Below the pieces are notes generated by a model. It made no database searches, was not told where the DNA came from, and saw nothing but the letters and a program-made list of their open reading frames with translations. From a virus (lineage: Duplodnaviria > Caudoviricetes), in IMG/VR virus record IMGVR_UViG_3300035102_000132, positions 1 through 37,406 of that record: DNA of 37,406 nt; one strand, given 5' to 3'. This document shows positions 15,925 to 26,140 of this stretch, in pieces. The position numbers and the translations under genes are program-made. Each line of letters starts with the position of its first letter. Position 1 is the stretch's first letter.

Positions 15925-16682
15925 TAGCCTCCTTTTAATTCCAGAAGATAATCACGCCAACCTTGATTAATGTCACTTCCATAAGCAGCAGAACCCCTAC
16001 CAGAAGACTTAGGCACACCAGAAGTAGAAATTCCAGAAGCGGCCCCTGCTACTGCGCCAGCTGGCCCGCCGGTCATTCCCCCGATAATAGCCGGAATTGC
16101 AGCTTCAACTAATTTACCAAGAGGACTACCTTGATTAGCCTCTTGCTCAAGGTGCCCCATGTATTTATCTAAAATGTTTCTGCCGCCATTAAAGCCATAG
16201 GCGTTATTAAAGAGGTTGTAATTGTCACGGCCCAGCGATTTGATTACATCAAAAGATTGCCCGGCATTGTTTACCTGGTCTTGAACTTTCTGTCCTTGTA
16301 AGCTCGAAATGCCTCGCGCTTTATTGGCTTGAGTATTCAGCAAAGCCTTCATGTCAATACCTGATCCTGATATTCCTCTATTGGCCATTCTCTTAGAAAT
16401 GGATGCTTCAGCATCTTTAAGGCCTCTATTCAACGATGAAATGCCTTTATTAAAAGAAACGTCAGGTGCTTCCTGTAACTTCTGTAGAAATTTTGCAGCC
16501 CAGCTATTGTTTAATGAAGCAGCGCCCTTGGCTTTATCAATTAAGTTATTTTGAAACTTCTCTTGCTTGTTGCGCTCTGAGCTATATAAGCCTTCAAGCT
16601 CACCTCGCGCTTTTCTGCCGGGGTCTAACAGGTCTTTCCAGCCATTTTCAACGCCTTTCCAGGCTTCTGACAACCATCTCAT
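15921..16682 (-). CDS. Probable DNA-ejection (pilot-like) protein
   Basis: SKRMANRGISGSGI motif and a Gly/Ala-rich hydrophobic C-terminal segment (IIGGMTGGPAGAVAGAASG); synteny. Confidence 0.65.
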   Translation of the reverse strand: MRWLSEAWKGVENGWKDLLDPGRKARGELEGLYSSERNKQEKFQNNLIDKAKGAASLNNSWAAKFLQKLQEAPDVSFNKGISSLNRGLKDAEASISKRMANRGISGSGIDMKALLNTQANKARGISSLQGQKVQDQVNNAGQSFDVIKSLGRDNYNLFNNAYGFNGGRNILDKYMGHLEQEANQGSPLGKLVEAAIPAIIGGMTGGPAGAVAGAASGISTSGVPKSSGRGSAAYGSDINQGWRDYLLELKGGY

Positions 16683-16828
16683 AATTGTTCTCCTCTTGAT
16701 TGTTCAATACGCAATTGCGCGGTTAACTTTGAGATTTCTGTTCCTTGCAAAGCAACTTTCTTCTCAAGCTTGCTAATTTGTGTCTTCAGACTTTTAACCA
16801 ACTGATAAACCTCTTCAATAGTTGCCAT
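16679..16828 (-). CDS. 49-aa coiled-coil protein (MATIEEVYQL...)
   Basis: The internal ATG at 16828 avoids most of the overlap with the upstream gene; heptad pattern; ATGA coupling at 16679-16682. Confidence 0.6.
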   Translation of the reverse strand: MATIEEVYQLVKSLKTQISKLEKKVALQGTEISKLTAQLRIEQSRGEQL

Positions 16829-18689
16829 TGCTCGCGCCCCAATCATGAATTTTTGCGCCTTGTTCGCCAATAAAGCGCATAGAATAGGTCGTATATCTGG
16901 TAGATTTGATTTGAAAGAATTTAGTTTCAACTTCAGAAAGAGAAAAGGTCTTTGAAGTTACAAGATCACCATCACCGAGAATTTCAACAGTAAAGTTGCC
17001 CTCGCCTCGAACATAAAGCCAACGATGAAACTGAACACCGTGCATGCGCCCGTCAACATGGAATTCTTTTGTTCTCCATTTAAAAAGCGGCGTATCTTCT
17101 GAATCTTTATAAGACTCATCGTATAAGCAGAAACCTCTTGTTATTGAGTCATAAACGACATTAAAGCTTTTTTCTTCAACAGCTTGGTTTCCCTCCAGGA
17201 GTTCAAAAACATAATAACGGTTGTCGAGAACCAAGTTTTTATTAGCAGCATTAATGGCGGTATTGTCTGAATATCCTTCTATAGCCAATACGTCTTTTAT
17301 TGGTAAAGAAATATCAATGCCAAGCCTGTTATTAAAAAGCAAGATAGAGTCAGTTTTAATCCCTTCGGCCTTTGTTAAAGCAAGCAACTTTCCTGCAACT
17401 GCTTGCGCTGAATTTCTTGAGAACGCTTCACTTGCCTTAAAGTCTATGCGGCCCATCGAAAAACTGTCTTCATCGTTCCCGTAGAGAATATAGGCTTCTT
17501 GCTTGGTAAATATTGCAAGAGTCTCATTGAATTGAGCCATAGCCACAACATCAGCATTAAATGAAAAAAATGAGCTGGCCTTGAATTCGTTAAATACGTT
17601 TGTTTTAGAGAAATAAACAAAGCCGCCGTTTCCAGAAAGCCCCGGCAATGTTGCAACAAACAACTTGTCTTTATGCAGCGCAATAGAAACAACATCAGTT
17701 GATTCAAGAGGTAAATTAGTATTGCCTATGGTTGCGCAAATCGCTCCAAGTTCGGCATCTGTAGTTTCATCATAAAAAGTTATACTAAATGCTCCCGGGT
17801 CTTTTGTAGCTGTAAGCAAATATTCGTCTGCACCAAAAGGAATCCGATAAATATTAATTTCCAGTCCCGGGATTTCTGATAAAGGGGTTGCCTCTACCAG
17901 TAAGTCTGTAAATTCAATAAAACACTCGCCGGAGTAGGCACTTATGTCATTCTCTGTTATTTCAACATCAAGATATAGCGGCGGTGATTCTCTTTGTTTT
18001 GCCGGATCAAAATAAGTCAGAGCATAAAAGTATTTCCCTGGCTGGTTAAAAACCCTCTTGTGGTTGGTATAAAAATGAAACAAGATTGCAACGGTTTTCC
18101 CGGCCCCCGGATCAGAGGCTAGATTTATTATAATCTTTCCGGCTTCAGGTGAATCTGCATCACCAGCACGCCAAGAAAACTGTGATTCATTTAATCGGGT
18201 TCCATCCAGTGTTACATATTTAAAGAAATAACCCTCCTTGAGATAGCTAACAGGAGTAGAAGTATCCAGGTCTTCAAGGTCGATAACATAGCGATATTGC
18301 CCTGCTACAGTAGTTTTGTTGCCGCCTCGATTAGAATAATCTGTGCCAAAAACCGTATGATGAACTGACAACGAAGTTAGACAACCGCTTGTTGGCGCAG
18401 GAATACAAAACGGCTCGGTATTGGTTGGAGAGTCATAAACCCGAACTTGTCCTCTGGCAGCATAGTTTTCGCCGTCTGAGGGTGTTCTTGCGGTTGGGTC
18501 TATTACTAAATCATCTCCGCTTGGCAATGAAACTTTTCTGCCAGGCACAGCATCATAAATGCCAGCATTAACCTTGAATTCTTTAAACTCAAGATAGCCA
18601 CGGTCTATAGCACAATTAACCATTTCCTGAGCTTCATTATCGCTGATAAAGATAGGGTTGTTTTGATTGAGATAACCAAATTTAATCAT
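16815..18689 (-). CDS. Tail nozzle / DNA-stabilisation-like protein (tail tubular protein B-like)
   Basis: Beta-propeller-like motifs (HKDKLFVA, VYFSKTN, LAIFTKQEAYILYG) and C-terminal FKWRTKEF; follows the adaptor. Confidence 0.7.
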   Translation of the reverse strand: MIKFGYLNQNNPIFISDNEAQEMVNCAIDRGYLEFKEFKVNAGIYDAVPGRKVSLPSGDDLVIDPTARTPSDGENYAARGQVRVYDSPTNTEPFCIPAPTSGCLTSLSVHHTVFGTDYSNRGGNKTTVAGQYRYVIDLEDLDTSTPVSYLKEGYFFKYVTLDGTRLNESQFSWRAGDADSPEAGKIIINLASDPGAGKTVAILFHFYTNHKRVFNQPGKYFYALTYFDPAKQRESPPLYLDVEITENDISAYSGECFIEFTDLLVEATPLSEIPGLEINIYRIPFGADEYLLTATKDPGAFSITFYDETTDAELGAICATIGNTNLPLESTDVVSIALHKDKLFVATLPGLSGNGGFVYFSKTNVFNEFKASSFFSFNADVVAMAQFNETLAIFTKQEAYILYGNDEDSFSMGRIDFKASEAFSRNSAQAVAGKLLALTKAEGIKTDSILLFNNRLGIDISLPIKDVLAIEGYSDNTAINAANKNLVLDNRYYVFELLEGNQAVEEKSFNVVYDSITRGFCLYDESYKDSEDTPLFKWRTKEFHVDGRMHGVQFHRWLYVRGEGNFTVEILGDGDLVTSKTFSLSEVETKFFQIKSTRYTTYSMRFIGEQGAKIHDWGASNGNY

Positions 18690-18700
18690 GCTTTAAAGCC

Positions 18701-19900
18701 TCACAAAACCCAGGGCATTTGAACTGCTGGCTCAATATCTATTTCTGTTTCAGTGAATTTTTCTGCAGGTGAAATGGTTACTTCAAATTGTCTTGAATAG
18801 ATCATGGCCTTCTTTAAATCCTGAGTCATTTCGCCTTCTTTTGACAAAGCAAGGTAAGCGGCCCACTGCCAGCAAACATCATGAAAAAACGTTGGTATTT
18901 CTGGCTCGTCAGTATCGTCAACCAAGGTTTCAGGCAAATAAATATAATCCATTGTTACATCTGTATCTGAAATTCGGCTTGGAACAATATCGCCTGAATC
19001 AGAAGCAGTTAAAGGCTTGTAAATCGTAACCTCTATTGAGCAATCCCCTTCAGCCGGATCGTTTAAAGTAATTAAAAGATCGTTCGTTGAGGGCACAGAT
19101 GCAATAAAGTCACTGGAAGTTAATTTCACTCCGTCCAACATCACCTTGAGGCTGTCAGTAGAATCGTTATAAAAACAATCATTGATAGTTATCGCTGTCT
19201 GGCCTTCAGAAACACTTGCTCCGAACTTTGTCGCGACAACTGCCGAGTTTTGATAGCAAACTTCAACTGGTGCTGTTCCCAAAGAGGTATATGGCAAAAG
19301 TATTCTTGAACTGTCTGCCGGATCAATACTCCAATCGCCTATATTCTGGTAGATACCGCCAATATAAAGATCAATTAAATGTTGATTGCCATAGGGCAAG
19401 GGGATCGGCAACTGAATAACAGCATTACCTTCATACAAAGTTGCAGGAATAGTTTTTAATAGATTTGAAGAGGAGCCGGCAACGCTCAAAGATGGTTTTG
19501 GAAATACCTTTACAAACTGGCTTTCAAAAAACCAGTGAATAGGATCACCTTCCATTTCTCGCCAACCTTGTGTAAACGGATACCCGGTTCCTACCAGATA
19601 TTTCTGATGAGCTGTTCCAGAATATGCAGACTCCAGAAATTTAATACTTTTCTTATCCAGGGGTCGGCCTCTAAACTGAACGCCTATTGGCTCAATAATA
19701 TCTAAAGGCAAAAAATAAGCGCCGCTTTCAAGGTCGCTTTTGTCCAGATAAGCATGTTTTTGTAAAAAATGAGTCCTTTTAACAAACTCAATTAACCCAT
19801 CATTTATGTATTTTTTAAGTTCTGTTTCTGACCAATATTGAGGGCTTGTTGTCTCTGCAAGGACACTTAATAACTTGTTATAAAGCTGAGAGAAATTCAT
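18701..19900 (-). CDS. Head-tail adaptor (tail tubular protein A-like)
   Basis: N-terminal YWSETELKKYINDG and C-terminal LVDDTDEPEIP..FHD...WAAYLALSKEG motifs; follows the capsid gene. Confidence 0.72.
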   Translation of the reverse strand: MNFSQLYNKLLSVLAETTSPQYWSETELKKYINDGLIEFVKRTHFLQKHAYLDKSDLESGAYFLPLDIIEPIGVQFRGRPLDKKSIKFLESAYSGTAHQKYLVGTGYPFTQGWREMEGDPIHWFFESQFVKVFPKPSLSVAGSSSNLLKTIPATLYEGNAVIQLPIPLPYGNQHLIDLYIGGIYQNIGDWSIDPADSSRILLPYTSLGTAPVEVCYQNSAVVATKFGASVSEGQTAITINDCFYNDSTDSLKVMLDGVKLTSSDFIASVPSTNDLLITLNDPAEGDCSIEVTIYKPLTASDSGDIVPSRISDTDVTMDYIYLPETLVDDTDEPEIPTFFHDVCWQWAAYLALSKEGEMTQDLKKAMIYSRQFEVTISPAEKFTETEIDIEPAVQMPWVL

Positions 19901-19915
19901 TTATTGCCACCATTT

Positions 19916-19950
19916 AAAGTTGAGGCGGGCAAGCATCCGCCTACCCGCCC
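19916..19950 (-). terminator. Hairpin after the capsid and small gene (terminator or attenuator)
   Basis: GGCGGGTAGGC-GGAT-GCTTGCCCGCC on the - strand; weak U tract. Confidence 0.55.
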
Positions 19951-19984
19951 AGCCGGTTAAACCATGCAAACTAACATGGAAGCC

Positions 19985-20224
19985 TTACTTTTTACTTTTG
20001 TCTGAGCTAATAGCTTTTGACTTTGTTTCAGACTTTTTGTCTGCTTTGGTGTCTTCTTCCTTGGAAGTTATTTCAACAATTTCAAGCCCCCTGATTTTTG
20101 CTTTCTTACGAAGCATTTTTATATCATCCGGATCGCTTGTGTCATATATGCCATTGTCGAATCGAACAGTATTCCTGTCGTCTCCGGTAATTAGATTCTT
20201 TTTTGTAGTCCAGAATTTAGCCAA
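19985..20224 (-). CDS. Small basic hypothetical protein downstream of the capsid gene
   Basis: TTG start with GGGGG RBS; VRFDNGIYDTSDP motif. Confidence 0.65.
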   Translation of the reverse strand: MAKFWTTKKNLITGDDRNTVRFDNGIYDTSDPDDIKMLRKKAKIRGLEIVEITSKEEDTKADKKSETKSKAISSDKSKK

Positions 20225-20235
20225 TTTAAGCCCCC

Positions 20236-21435
20236 TTATGCTATGACAATTTTTGCGTGGCGTTCAGGTGAAATAAGCTTCAGGCCGGAATCACCTAAAA
20301 TAAGGTCTTTTCTACCATCAATATCTTTCAGTTGAACGTTTTCGTGCCAGCGGTCAGGTTCCATTACCATTTCTTCAACAAGTCCCAATTCCAGGGCAAA
20401 GCCGGTGGGGTCTGGGTAAATCTGGTTCATTGTCATATCAATCATGAAGTCCATATCGCCGTGAATAGTAGAAAGGCGTTTAATATTGACACCAAACTCT
20501 TTTGATCTCGGGCTAACCTCAATACTGATCTTATTAGCCATTACTTCTTTCTGAATCAAGGTTGCAAGTGCACCATTAAGAACCAGAAGCTTTTCGTCAC
20601 CACCATAGCCGTAAGCCATTTCAGCAAATTCCATGAAATAGTTGTAAGTAAAAGAACTCTTGTTATAAACCTGAGTAATAAATCTATCCAGGCCACGAGT
20701 TGTAGTCAGCGGTTTACCATCTGAATCGGTAATTTTATTTCTTTCGCCAATATAATAGGCGCGAGAACGTTCAAGAAGGAACTGATCCCACTCAAACCGC
20801 TTTTTGGTGTCCATTTTGTTAATGTCACCATAATATTTGGTCTGAAGACTTCTGCGGGAAGCGTCTACTGTTCGTTTAAAAGTCTGACAGTAGTTATATA
20901 CTTCGCGCGGTGAATAAGCTCTTGCTTTTGGTGAACCTGAACCTTCAGAAAAGGCATTACTTACAAGTATGATTACATCATCCTCGGTAATGGCTGCAGC
21001 TGAAGAATCACCCCAGCCTCTTACGATAGTCAGGTTGTCGCCTGAAACATTGGTTACACGGCAGGTTTCACCGGTATTGCGGTTGTAAATCAGGTCGTTT
21101 TTGGTGAACATTGCGCCGGTGCCAGTAGTTACAGCAAGAGTAGTTGCGCTATCGCTTATAGTGGTTGCGCATTTTGTCAGCGGATCGCCACAGTCAATAT
21201 CTGCCCATTCAAATTTTTCATTGTGGCAGTTGATAGTTTTTGATCCGACAGCGAAACCTTTTCTCTTAGAAGCCTTGGCCCTGCGCTTCATGGTTATCAG
21301 GCGCAAAATAGCTACAAATGCAGCAAAGTTCGCACGGCGCTGGTAAACCTTCGGATCCATTTCGCGGATTTGCATTGTTGAATCAGTTGTTGTCAGATTC
21401 ATTCCGCGAGTAGAAATGTTGAGAGACATAATCAT
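20236..21435 (-). CDS. Major capsid protein (DUF5309/SU10-like, HK97 fold) with an inserted beta domain; start may be 21429
   Basis: HNEKFEW, AFSEGS, YNYCQTFKRTV, TTRGLDRFI and FG..I....TIHG motifs; follows the scaffold gene. Confidence 0.85.
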   Translation of the reverse strand: MIMSLNISTRGMNLTTTDSTMQIREMDPKVYQRRANFAAFVAILRLITMKRRAKASKRKGFAVGSKTINCHNEKFEWADIDCGDPLTKCATTISDSATTLAVTTGTGAMFTKNDLIYNRNTGETCRVTNVSGDNLTIVRGWGDSSAAAITEDDVIILVSNAFSEGSGSPKARAYSPREVYNYCQTFKRTVDASRRSLQTKYYGDINKMDTKKRFEWDQFLLERSRAYYIGERNKITDSDGKPLTTTRGLDRFITQVYNKSSFTYNYFMEFAEMAYGYGGDEKLLVLNGALATLIQKEVMANKISIEVSPRSKEFGVNIKRLSTIHGDMDFMIDMTMNQIYPDPTGFALELGLVEEMVMEPDRWHENVQLKDIDGRKDLILGDSGLKLISPERHAKIVIA

Positions 21436-21482
21436 AAACCTCCGTGTTATTCTCTAAGCTCTCTCCGAGAGCCGCGTAAATT

Positions 21483-22361
21483 TTAAAAACCTAGTAAATC
21501 GCTCCCATAAACTTCACCTTTTCGTTTGCGTTTAGCGCTGCTGCGCCTTTGGGGTCGTTTATTATCGATTAATCTTCCGTGAACACCTGCAACCTTTTTT
21601 GCCAGCTTGATTAGTCTATCTGGCTTGCCAAGGCTCAAATCTTCCAGAAGAACCAGATATTCACCGCGAGAATTTTTGCTCATACTCTTAAGCAATTCCC
21701 CAAACTTCTTTTTTTGCTCAGGTGTGGTTAGAATTGCATCTACCTGGGTTTCAGCATCTTTCTGTTTTTTAAGCAAAGTCTTTCGCTCTGCTCTTTGAGT
21801 TCTTTCGTTTTTAACTATTTCAATGCCCTTTTGATACTCAGCTTTGCGCTGGTTTTGGGCTTCATTTATGAAATAGTTGTATCTGGCAATATGTTCAGGG
21901 TCGAACTCATCAAAATCACCGAGTTCTTTTTCTACCGCTTCTTTGGCTTCTGTAGCTGTAGCCTGAAAGAATTCTTTGCTGCCTGGAACAAAATCAGGCT
22001 TTATCCTGGCATTTAATTCGTCTTCAAGCGTTGCAAATTCTGAATCATCTTCAGCTTTTTGTTCTTCGCCTTCAACGCTGTCTTTTTCTTCTTCCTGGTC
22101 ATCGTCATCAAAATCAGACTCAGCTAATTCTTCATCATCGCTTGGGTCTTCTTCAGCCTCTTGCTCTTCTTCCTGGTCATCTTCTAACTCATCTTCAAAG
22201 TCATAATCAGAATCGTCATCTTCAGAATCAGTAAAAAGGCCTTCATCATCAGAACCGGCGTCGTCCAAGCCTTCTTCATCTTCACTTACAGTTTCGTCAA
22301 GCTCTTCTTCAAGATTGCCTTCAAGTTCGCTTTCCTGGTTTTCGGCTTCCTTGTCTACCAT
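21483..22361 (-). CDS. Capsid scaffolding protein
   Basis: Very acidic N-terminal half, helical/basic C-terminus; lies between portal and capsid. Confidence 0.7.
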   Translation of the reverse strand: MVDKEAENQESELEGNLEEELDETVSEDEEGLDDAGSDDEGLFTDSEDDDSDYDFEDELEDDQEEEQEAEEDPSDDEELAESDFDDDDQEEEKDSVEGEEQKAEDDSEFATLEDELNARIKPDFVPGSKEFFQATATEAKEAVEKELGDFDEFDPEHIARYNYFINEAQNQRKAEYQKGIEIVKNERTQRAERKTLLKKQKDAETQVDAILTTPEQKKKFGELLKSMSKNSRGEYLVLLEDLSLGKPDRLIKLAKKVAGVHGRLIDNKRPQRRSSAKRKRKGEVYGSDLLGF

Positions 22362-22657
22362 TATTCGCCTCCTTGCGAGTTTGCTTTGAGTGTTTCTTCG
22401 GCTTCTTCACCGTTTAAGATCGCCTTGTTAATGGCTGTCTTAAAGTCTCTAGCTACCTGCATTTCCAATTGTAGCATAAAAACCGGTCTATTATCAATAT
22501 TTTGATAATCAATTAGCGGCATTGTGGAAAACTCATTTTTACACCGCTCTATTATGCTGTCCGCAAGCGTATCTATAACCTCTTTTACCGTCTTGGCCTT
22601 CTTGCCGAAGTCTATCTGCTTCAACATCAAATCACGCTCTTCTTTGGTTAATTCCAT
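22361..22657 (-). CDS. Hypothetical protein between portal and scaffold
   Basis: TAATG coupling on both sides. Confidence 0.75.
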   Translation of the reverse strand: MELTKEERDLMLKQIDFGKKAKTVKEVIDTLADSIIERCKNEFSTMPLIDYQNIDNRPVFMLQLEMQVARDFKTAINKAILNGEEAEETLKANSQGGE

Positions 22658-24639
22658 TATGCCGCCTCCATTTCAACTTGATCTTGAGGTAAGCCTTGTC
22701 CTTGCGCCTGCTGCATACCAGCCATTAAAGCCTTGGTTATCTCAGCGCCTTTTTCTGGTGGAACGTCAGCTGCTTCAAGAATTTGCCCCAGCAACATGGG
22801 TAACTGCTCTACAATTCCCTGGCTTTGCTGTCCGGCCTCTGCTCCCAGGAACTTGTCAGGGTTATTAAATCCCATTTCTTCAATGATCTGTTTTGCTGTT
22901 TCATAAAGTCCTTGCGGTGAGGCTCCGCCAGTTTTCAAAAGCGGTGGCAAAATCTGAGCAAACATCAGCATAAGATTTTGAACGGTGACTTGTTTGTCCT
23001 GCAAACCGATGTTACTGGTTATTTGAACATCGAAATCGCCTTTAATATCATCTGGCCTAAATTCGTAATATTCATTTGTCAGCCTGAAAGTAAATTCTTT
23101 ATCAAGGTGTTTTTTGTTGAGACTAATTAAGTGCTTATAAAGCGGCACTAATCCATTTTCAGCACCATCACGCGCCATTTTTCTAAGTCTTTGCTGACTT
23201 GCAGCCATGATCTTTGAAATACCGGTTGCTGTCTTATTAAGACTGTCAGCATCTAAGCCCTGGTTATACCTTGTTATTCCCGTCTTCTGCTCTGACCATG
23301 TATTTGCAAGCTCGATTAGCGGGAAAGTCTCTTTTGAAATCTCAAATTGGGGTAAAGGCTCCATCAAGTCGCTAATTTTCTTGTTCCCGCTGAGATCAAA
23401 GCGAACAACCTTTTTACCTGCTTGAATATCCTTATTTGCCTTTATCTGGTTGTCGTCTAAGCCTATTTGTCTATCGTTATTGATAGCAGTGTTAATAATG
23501 ATTTGCCTTATCAAAGCTGTTTTAAGGTCTTGAACGTCTTGCAAATAGTCAGCAACGCCCTCTTTCCATTTCTGATAGCTGTTTGCATAAAAGGAAATGG
23601 TAAAGAAAGGGTTTCTGTCATAATCATTTATTTCTGAAAAGAGAACCCGGCCATTACAAATAATTACATGAACGTCTTCCAGCAAGCCGTCTCCGTCAAC
23701 GTCATACTTTCCGTAGCAATCGTATAGCACGCATTTTCTTCTACCTTCTTGGCCTTCTCTCATACTTGCGTCAGAGCTTTCGGGTGGTCTTTCATCTTCG
23801 CCGATGTAGTTTCTTATAGCATCAGAAATTGTATCGAGGCTGCTTACCTGTCCTGAATCTGGATCGATAAAAGGGAAATCGTCTTCAGTGTTTTTAAAGA
23901 TTTTGGCCTTGCCCATTCTGCGAATATCATCATAAAGAACATAGTGCCGGTAACATTCAAAAACGTTTCGCCCTGAATCGTCTGTTTCTGGAAGAAAGAT
24001 GTATTCACCTGGCTTAACATTTCTCATTACCGGCTGATCCTTAACCCTGACCTTTTCTTTAATCAGCAGCTTATAGGTTCCATCCGGAAGAGCTTCTACC
24101 TTTTTGATTATCTTCTCTGCTTCTTCGGGTGGAATTGAATAAAACTCTTCAGCAGTTGCCTGATACCAGTTGAGCTTTTGTTCTTCTCTTACTTCCCAAT
24201 CGAGTTTCATTACTCCAAGTCCAGCTTCAACTGCATCACGAATCCACTGATCGATTAAAACATATCCCTTATTTTGCGTTTGAACCTGGTATTTAATTAC
24301 CTTTTCAAGAACTTCTGGATTGTCTTCAGGTGAGCGCCCGAATATTCCAACTACCCTTTCGGCTCCGAAATAAACCTCAGTAAAGGAAGGCATAAGCCAT
24401 TCAACAATGTCTTTAACATCTGACGAGGAAAAGCTTGAAAGCTTAGACAAGTTTTCAAATTTCTCTGCATAGTAGGCTTTATTGCTATGCAAAAGGTTGT
24501 AACGCAATATAATTGCATCAGCGAGGTTTGCATCAAAATACCGCTCTGCCTCTTCCTTGTCTGCCAACACCATGTCATGTAAATCATCATCGCTGATCTT
24601 GATCTTTTTCGGTCTCTGGTATTCTTCTAATAGCTGCAT
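22657..24639 (-). CDS. Portal protein (podovirus type)
   Basis: DIVEWLMPS, DVDGDGLLE and TGITRYNQGLDADSLNKTATG motifs; follows TerL. Confidence 0.9.
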   Translation of the reverse strand: MQLLEEYQRPKKIKISDDDLHDMVLADKEEAERYFDANLADAIILRYNLLHSNKAYYAEKFENLSKLSSFSSSDVKDIVEWLMPSFTEVYFGAERVVGIFGRSPEDNPEVLEKVIKYQVQTQNKGYVLIDQWIRDAVEAGLGVMKLDWEVREEQKLNWYQATAEEFYSIPPEEAEKIIKKVEALPDGTYKLLIKEKVRVKDQPVMRNVKPGEYIFLPETDDSGRNVFECYRHYVLYDDIRRMGKAKIFKNTEDDFPFIDPDSGQVSSLDTISDAIRNYIGEDERPPESSDASMREGQEGRRKCVLYDCYGKYDVDGDGLLEDVHVIICNGRVLFSEINDYDRNPFFTISFYANSYQKWKEGVADYLQDVQDLKTALIRQIIINTAINNDRQIGLDDNQIKANKDIQAGKKVVRFDLSGNKKISDLMEPLPQFEISKETFPLIELANTWSEQKTGITRYNQGLDADSLNKTATGISKIMAASQQRLRKMARDGAENGLVPLYKHLISLNKKHLDKEFTFRLTNEYYEFRPDDIKGDFDVQITSNIGLQDKQVTVQNLMLMFAQILPPLLKTGGASPQGLYETAKQIIEEMGFNNPDKFLGAEAGQQSQGIVEQLPMLLGQILEAADVPPEKGAEITKALMAGMQQAQGQGLPQDQVEMEAA

Positions 24640-24655
24640 GTTTTGCCCTCCTTGG

Positions 24656-26140
24656 CTACATTGCTCCTGCGCATCTTATGTCGTCATACTCAAAATCTTC
24701 GTGTCTGTGTTTAAATTTTCCATACTCAAGGTTTCCCTGGTTGGCTCTTAAAGTTCCATATTGCAAAGCATCGTGCGGGTGACTGAACTGGTTCTTGTCT
24801 GGAACGTCAGTAAATCTCTCATCACCTGCTACTTGAATACGCCTGTATCTATATCCTCCCAGAAAGCCCCGTCTTAAAATCTTGCATTTTGGAGAAATCA
24901 AAAAAGCCGGCTCACCATCGGTTAACCGGATCATGTATTCTGCAACTGATTCACGCCTGGATATAAAACTGTTTGTTGAAGCAGGCTCGGCATGTTTAAA
25001 CCCAAAAGATCGAACTATCTCAAAACAGGTCTCTTCATCTGTCTGCGCTCTCTGATTGCCTGCCGGATCGCCGACAATATAAATACTGCCGTCATCGAGC
25101 CATTGCCGATATTCAGTATCAATCAAGGGCATTACAGCGTCACGCATGAACTGTTTAATACCCATGTCAGAACTTACAAGCTCATCAATTGCCCGGAATT
25201 GTCCCCGGGGCGACAGCTGAGAAAATATAGCTGCAGGTGTGAGTCCAAAGTCAAAAGACAAGATCAGCGGCAAATTGGTATAAGGCTTCAGAATAGTTTT
25301 CGCGCAATGAAGATCATCGTTGTATTCAGGAAATACAGGTTTGCCTTCCTGGATATTTCCATACTGGCCTTTAATGTAAACTTTTATCCATTCAGCCGTT
25401 TTACCTGGAACCTGGCGTAACCAGTATTCATAACCAAGAGTATGATTGTTAACATTCTCAGCATCTGGATTTGGAACGTAGCCCTGTTCAGGAATGTAAA
25501 TTAAGGCTGGTGGCTGCTGCCAAAATTCCCAGCCAATAGGGGTTTCTTCCTCAGCACACCGATACCACCAATGGTCATCATCAGGCGGGTTCGTGTCCAT
25601 TATGATACCTGACCACGAAGCACCACCATCTGATTTGTTCGGATAACGACCGACACGCCCGGTTAAGCCATCAAGTATAGCTTTGGGAACTTCTCGCGCT
25701 TCGTTGATCCATGATCCAGTAAGTTCAAGAGACAGAAGCTTTTTGACCTGGTCTGGTCTATCGAGTGCCAGAAATAGTATTTCCAGCTCTATGGTTGTGC
25801 CGTCATCCTGTGGCTGCACCATAAGGCCGCGAATAGGTGAATCATAAACAATAGGGCAAGATTCTTCTGAAACCCAATCCTGCCATGTCTTAATCGAAGT
25901 GCTTTTCAGTTCGCCGTAAGTATTCCTAACAATACACCAGCGGCTTTTTCTGATACCGAAAGCGTTAGGTCTTTGCCTGGCTGCACGGCTTAAAATTTCC
26001 ATACAGCAAGCTACTGACTTTCCCGAGCCAATCGGCCCCATTAAACCACGGACAAAAGAGTCTGAGGCATGAAATTTAACCGGTGTCGGCTCCGCGAAGT
26101 AATGTTTAGCCTTTTGCATCTTCGCCTGGCTCCGGATCAT
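24656..26140 (-). CDS. terL: Terminase large subunit
   Basis: Walker A GPIGSGKS, WINEARE Walker-B-like motif, DTNPP; nuclease motifs SFDFGLTP and HPHDALQY. Confidence 0.95.
   Translation of the reverse strand: MIRSQAKMQKAKHYFAEPTPVKFHASDSFVRGLMGPIGSGKSVACCMEILSRAARQRPNAFGIRKSRWCIVRNTYGELKSTSIKTWQDWVSEESCPIVYDSPIRGLMVQPQDDGTTIELEILFLALDRPDQVKKLLSLELTGSWINEAREVPKAILDGLTGRVGRYPNKSDGGASWSGIIMDTNPPDDDHWWYRCAEEETPIGWEFWQQPPALIYIPEQGYVPNPDAENVNNHTLGYEYWLRQVPGKTAEWIKVYIKGQYGNIQEGKPVFPEYNDDLHCAKTILKPYTNLPLILSFDFGLTPAAIFSQLSPRGQFRAIDELVSSDMGIKQFMRDAVMPLIDTEYRQWLDDGSIYIVGDPAGNQRAQTDEETCFEIVRSFGFKHAEPASTNSFISRRESVAEYMIRLTDGEPAFLISPKCKILRRGFLGGYRYRRIQVAGDERFTDVPDKNQFSHPHDALQYGTLRANQGNLEYGKFKHRHEDFEYDDIRCAGAM

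Noticed and set aside
1421-21446. Shared CACGGAGG before three late genes (1413, 5325, 21435)
   Set aside because: Most of the motif is the Shine-Dalgarno sequence; three extra bases are too little to claim a translational operator.
21960-22340. Low-complexity TCT/TCA-rich tract and Ser-rich + strand ORFs
   Set aside because: Explained by the Asp/Glu-rich scaffold protein on the - strand.
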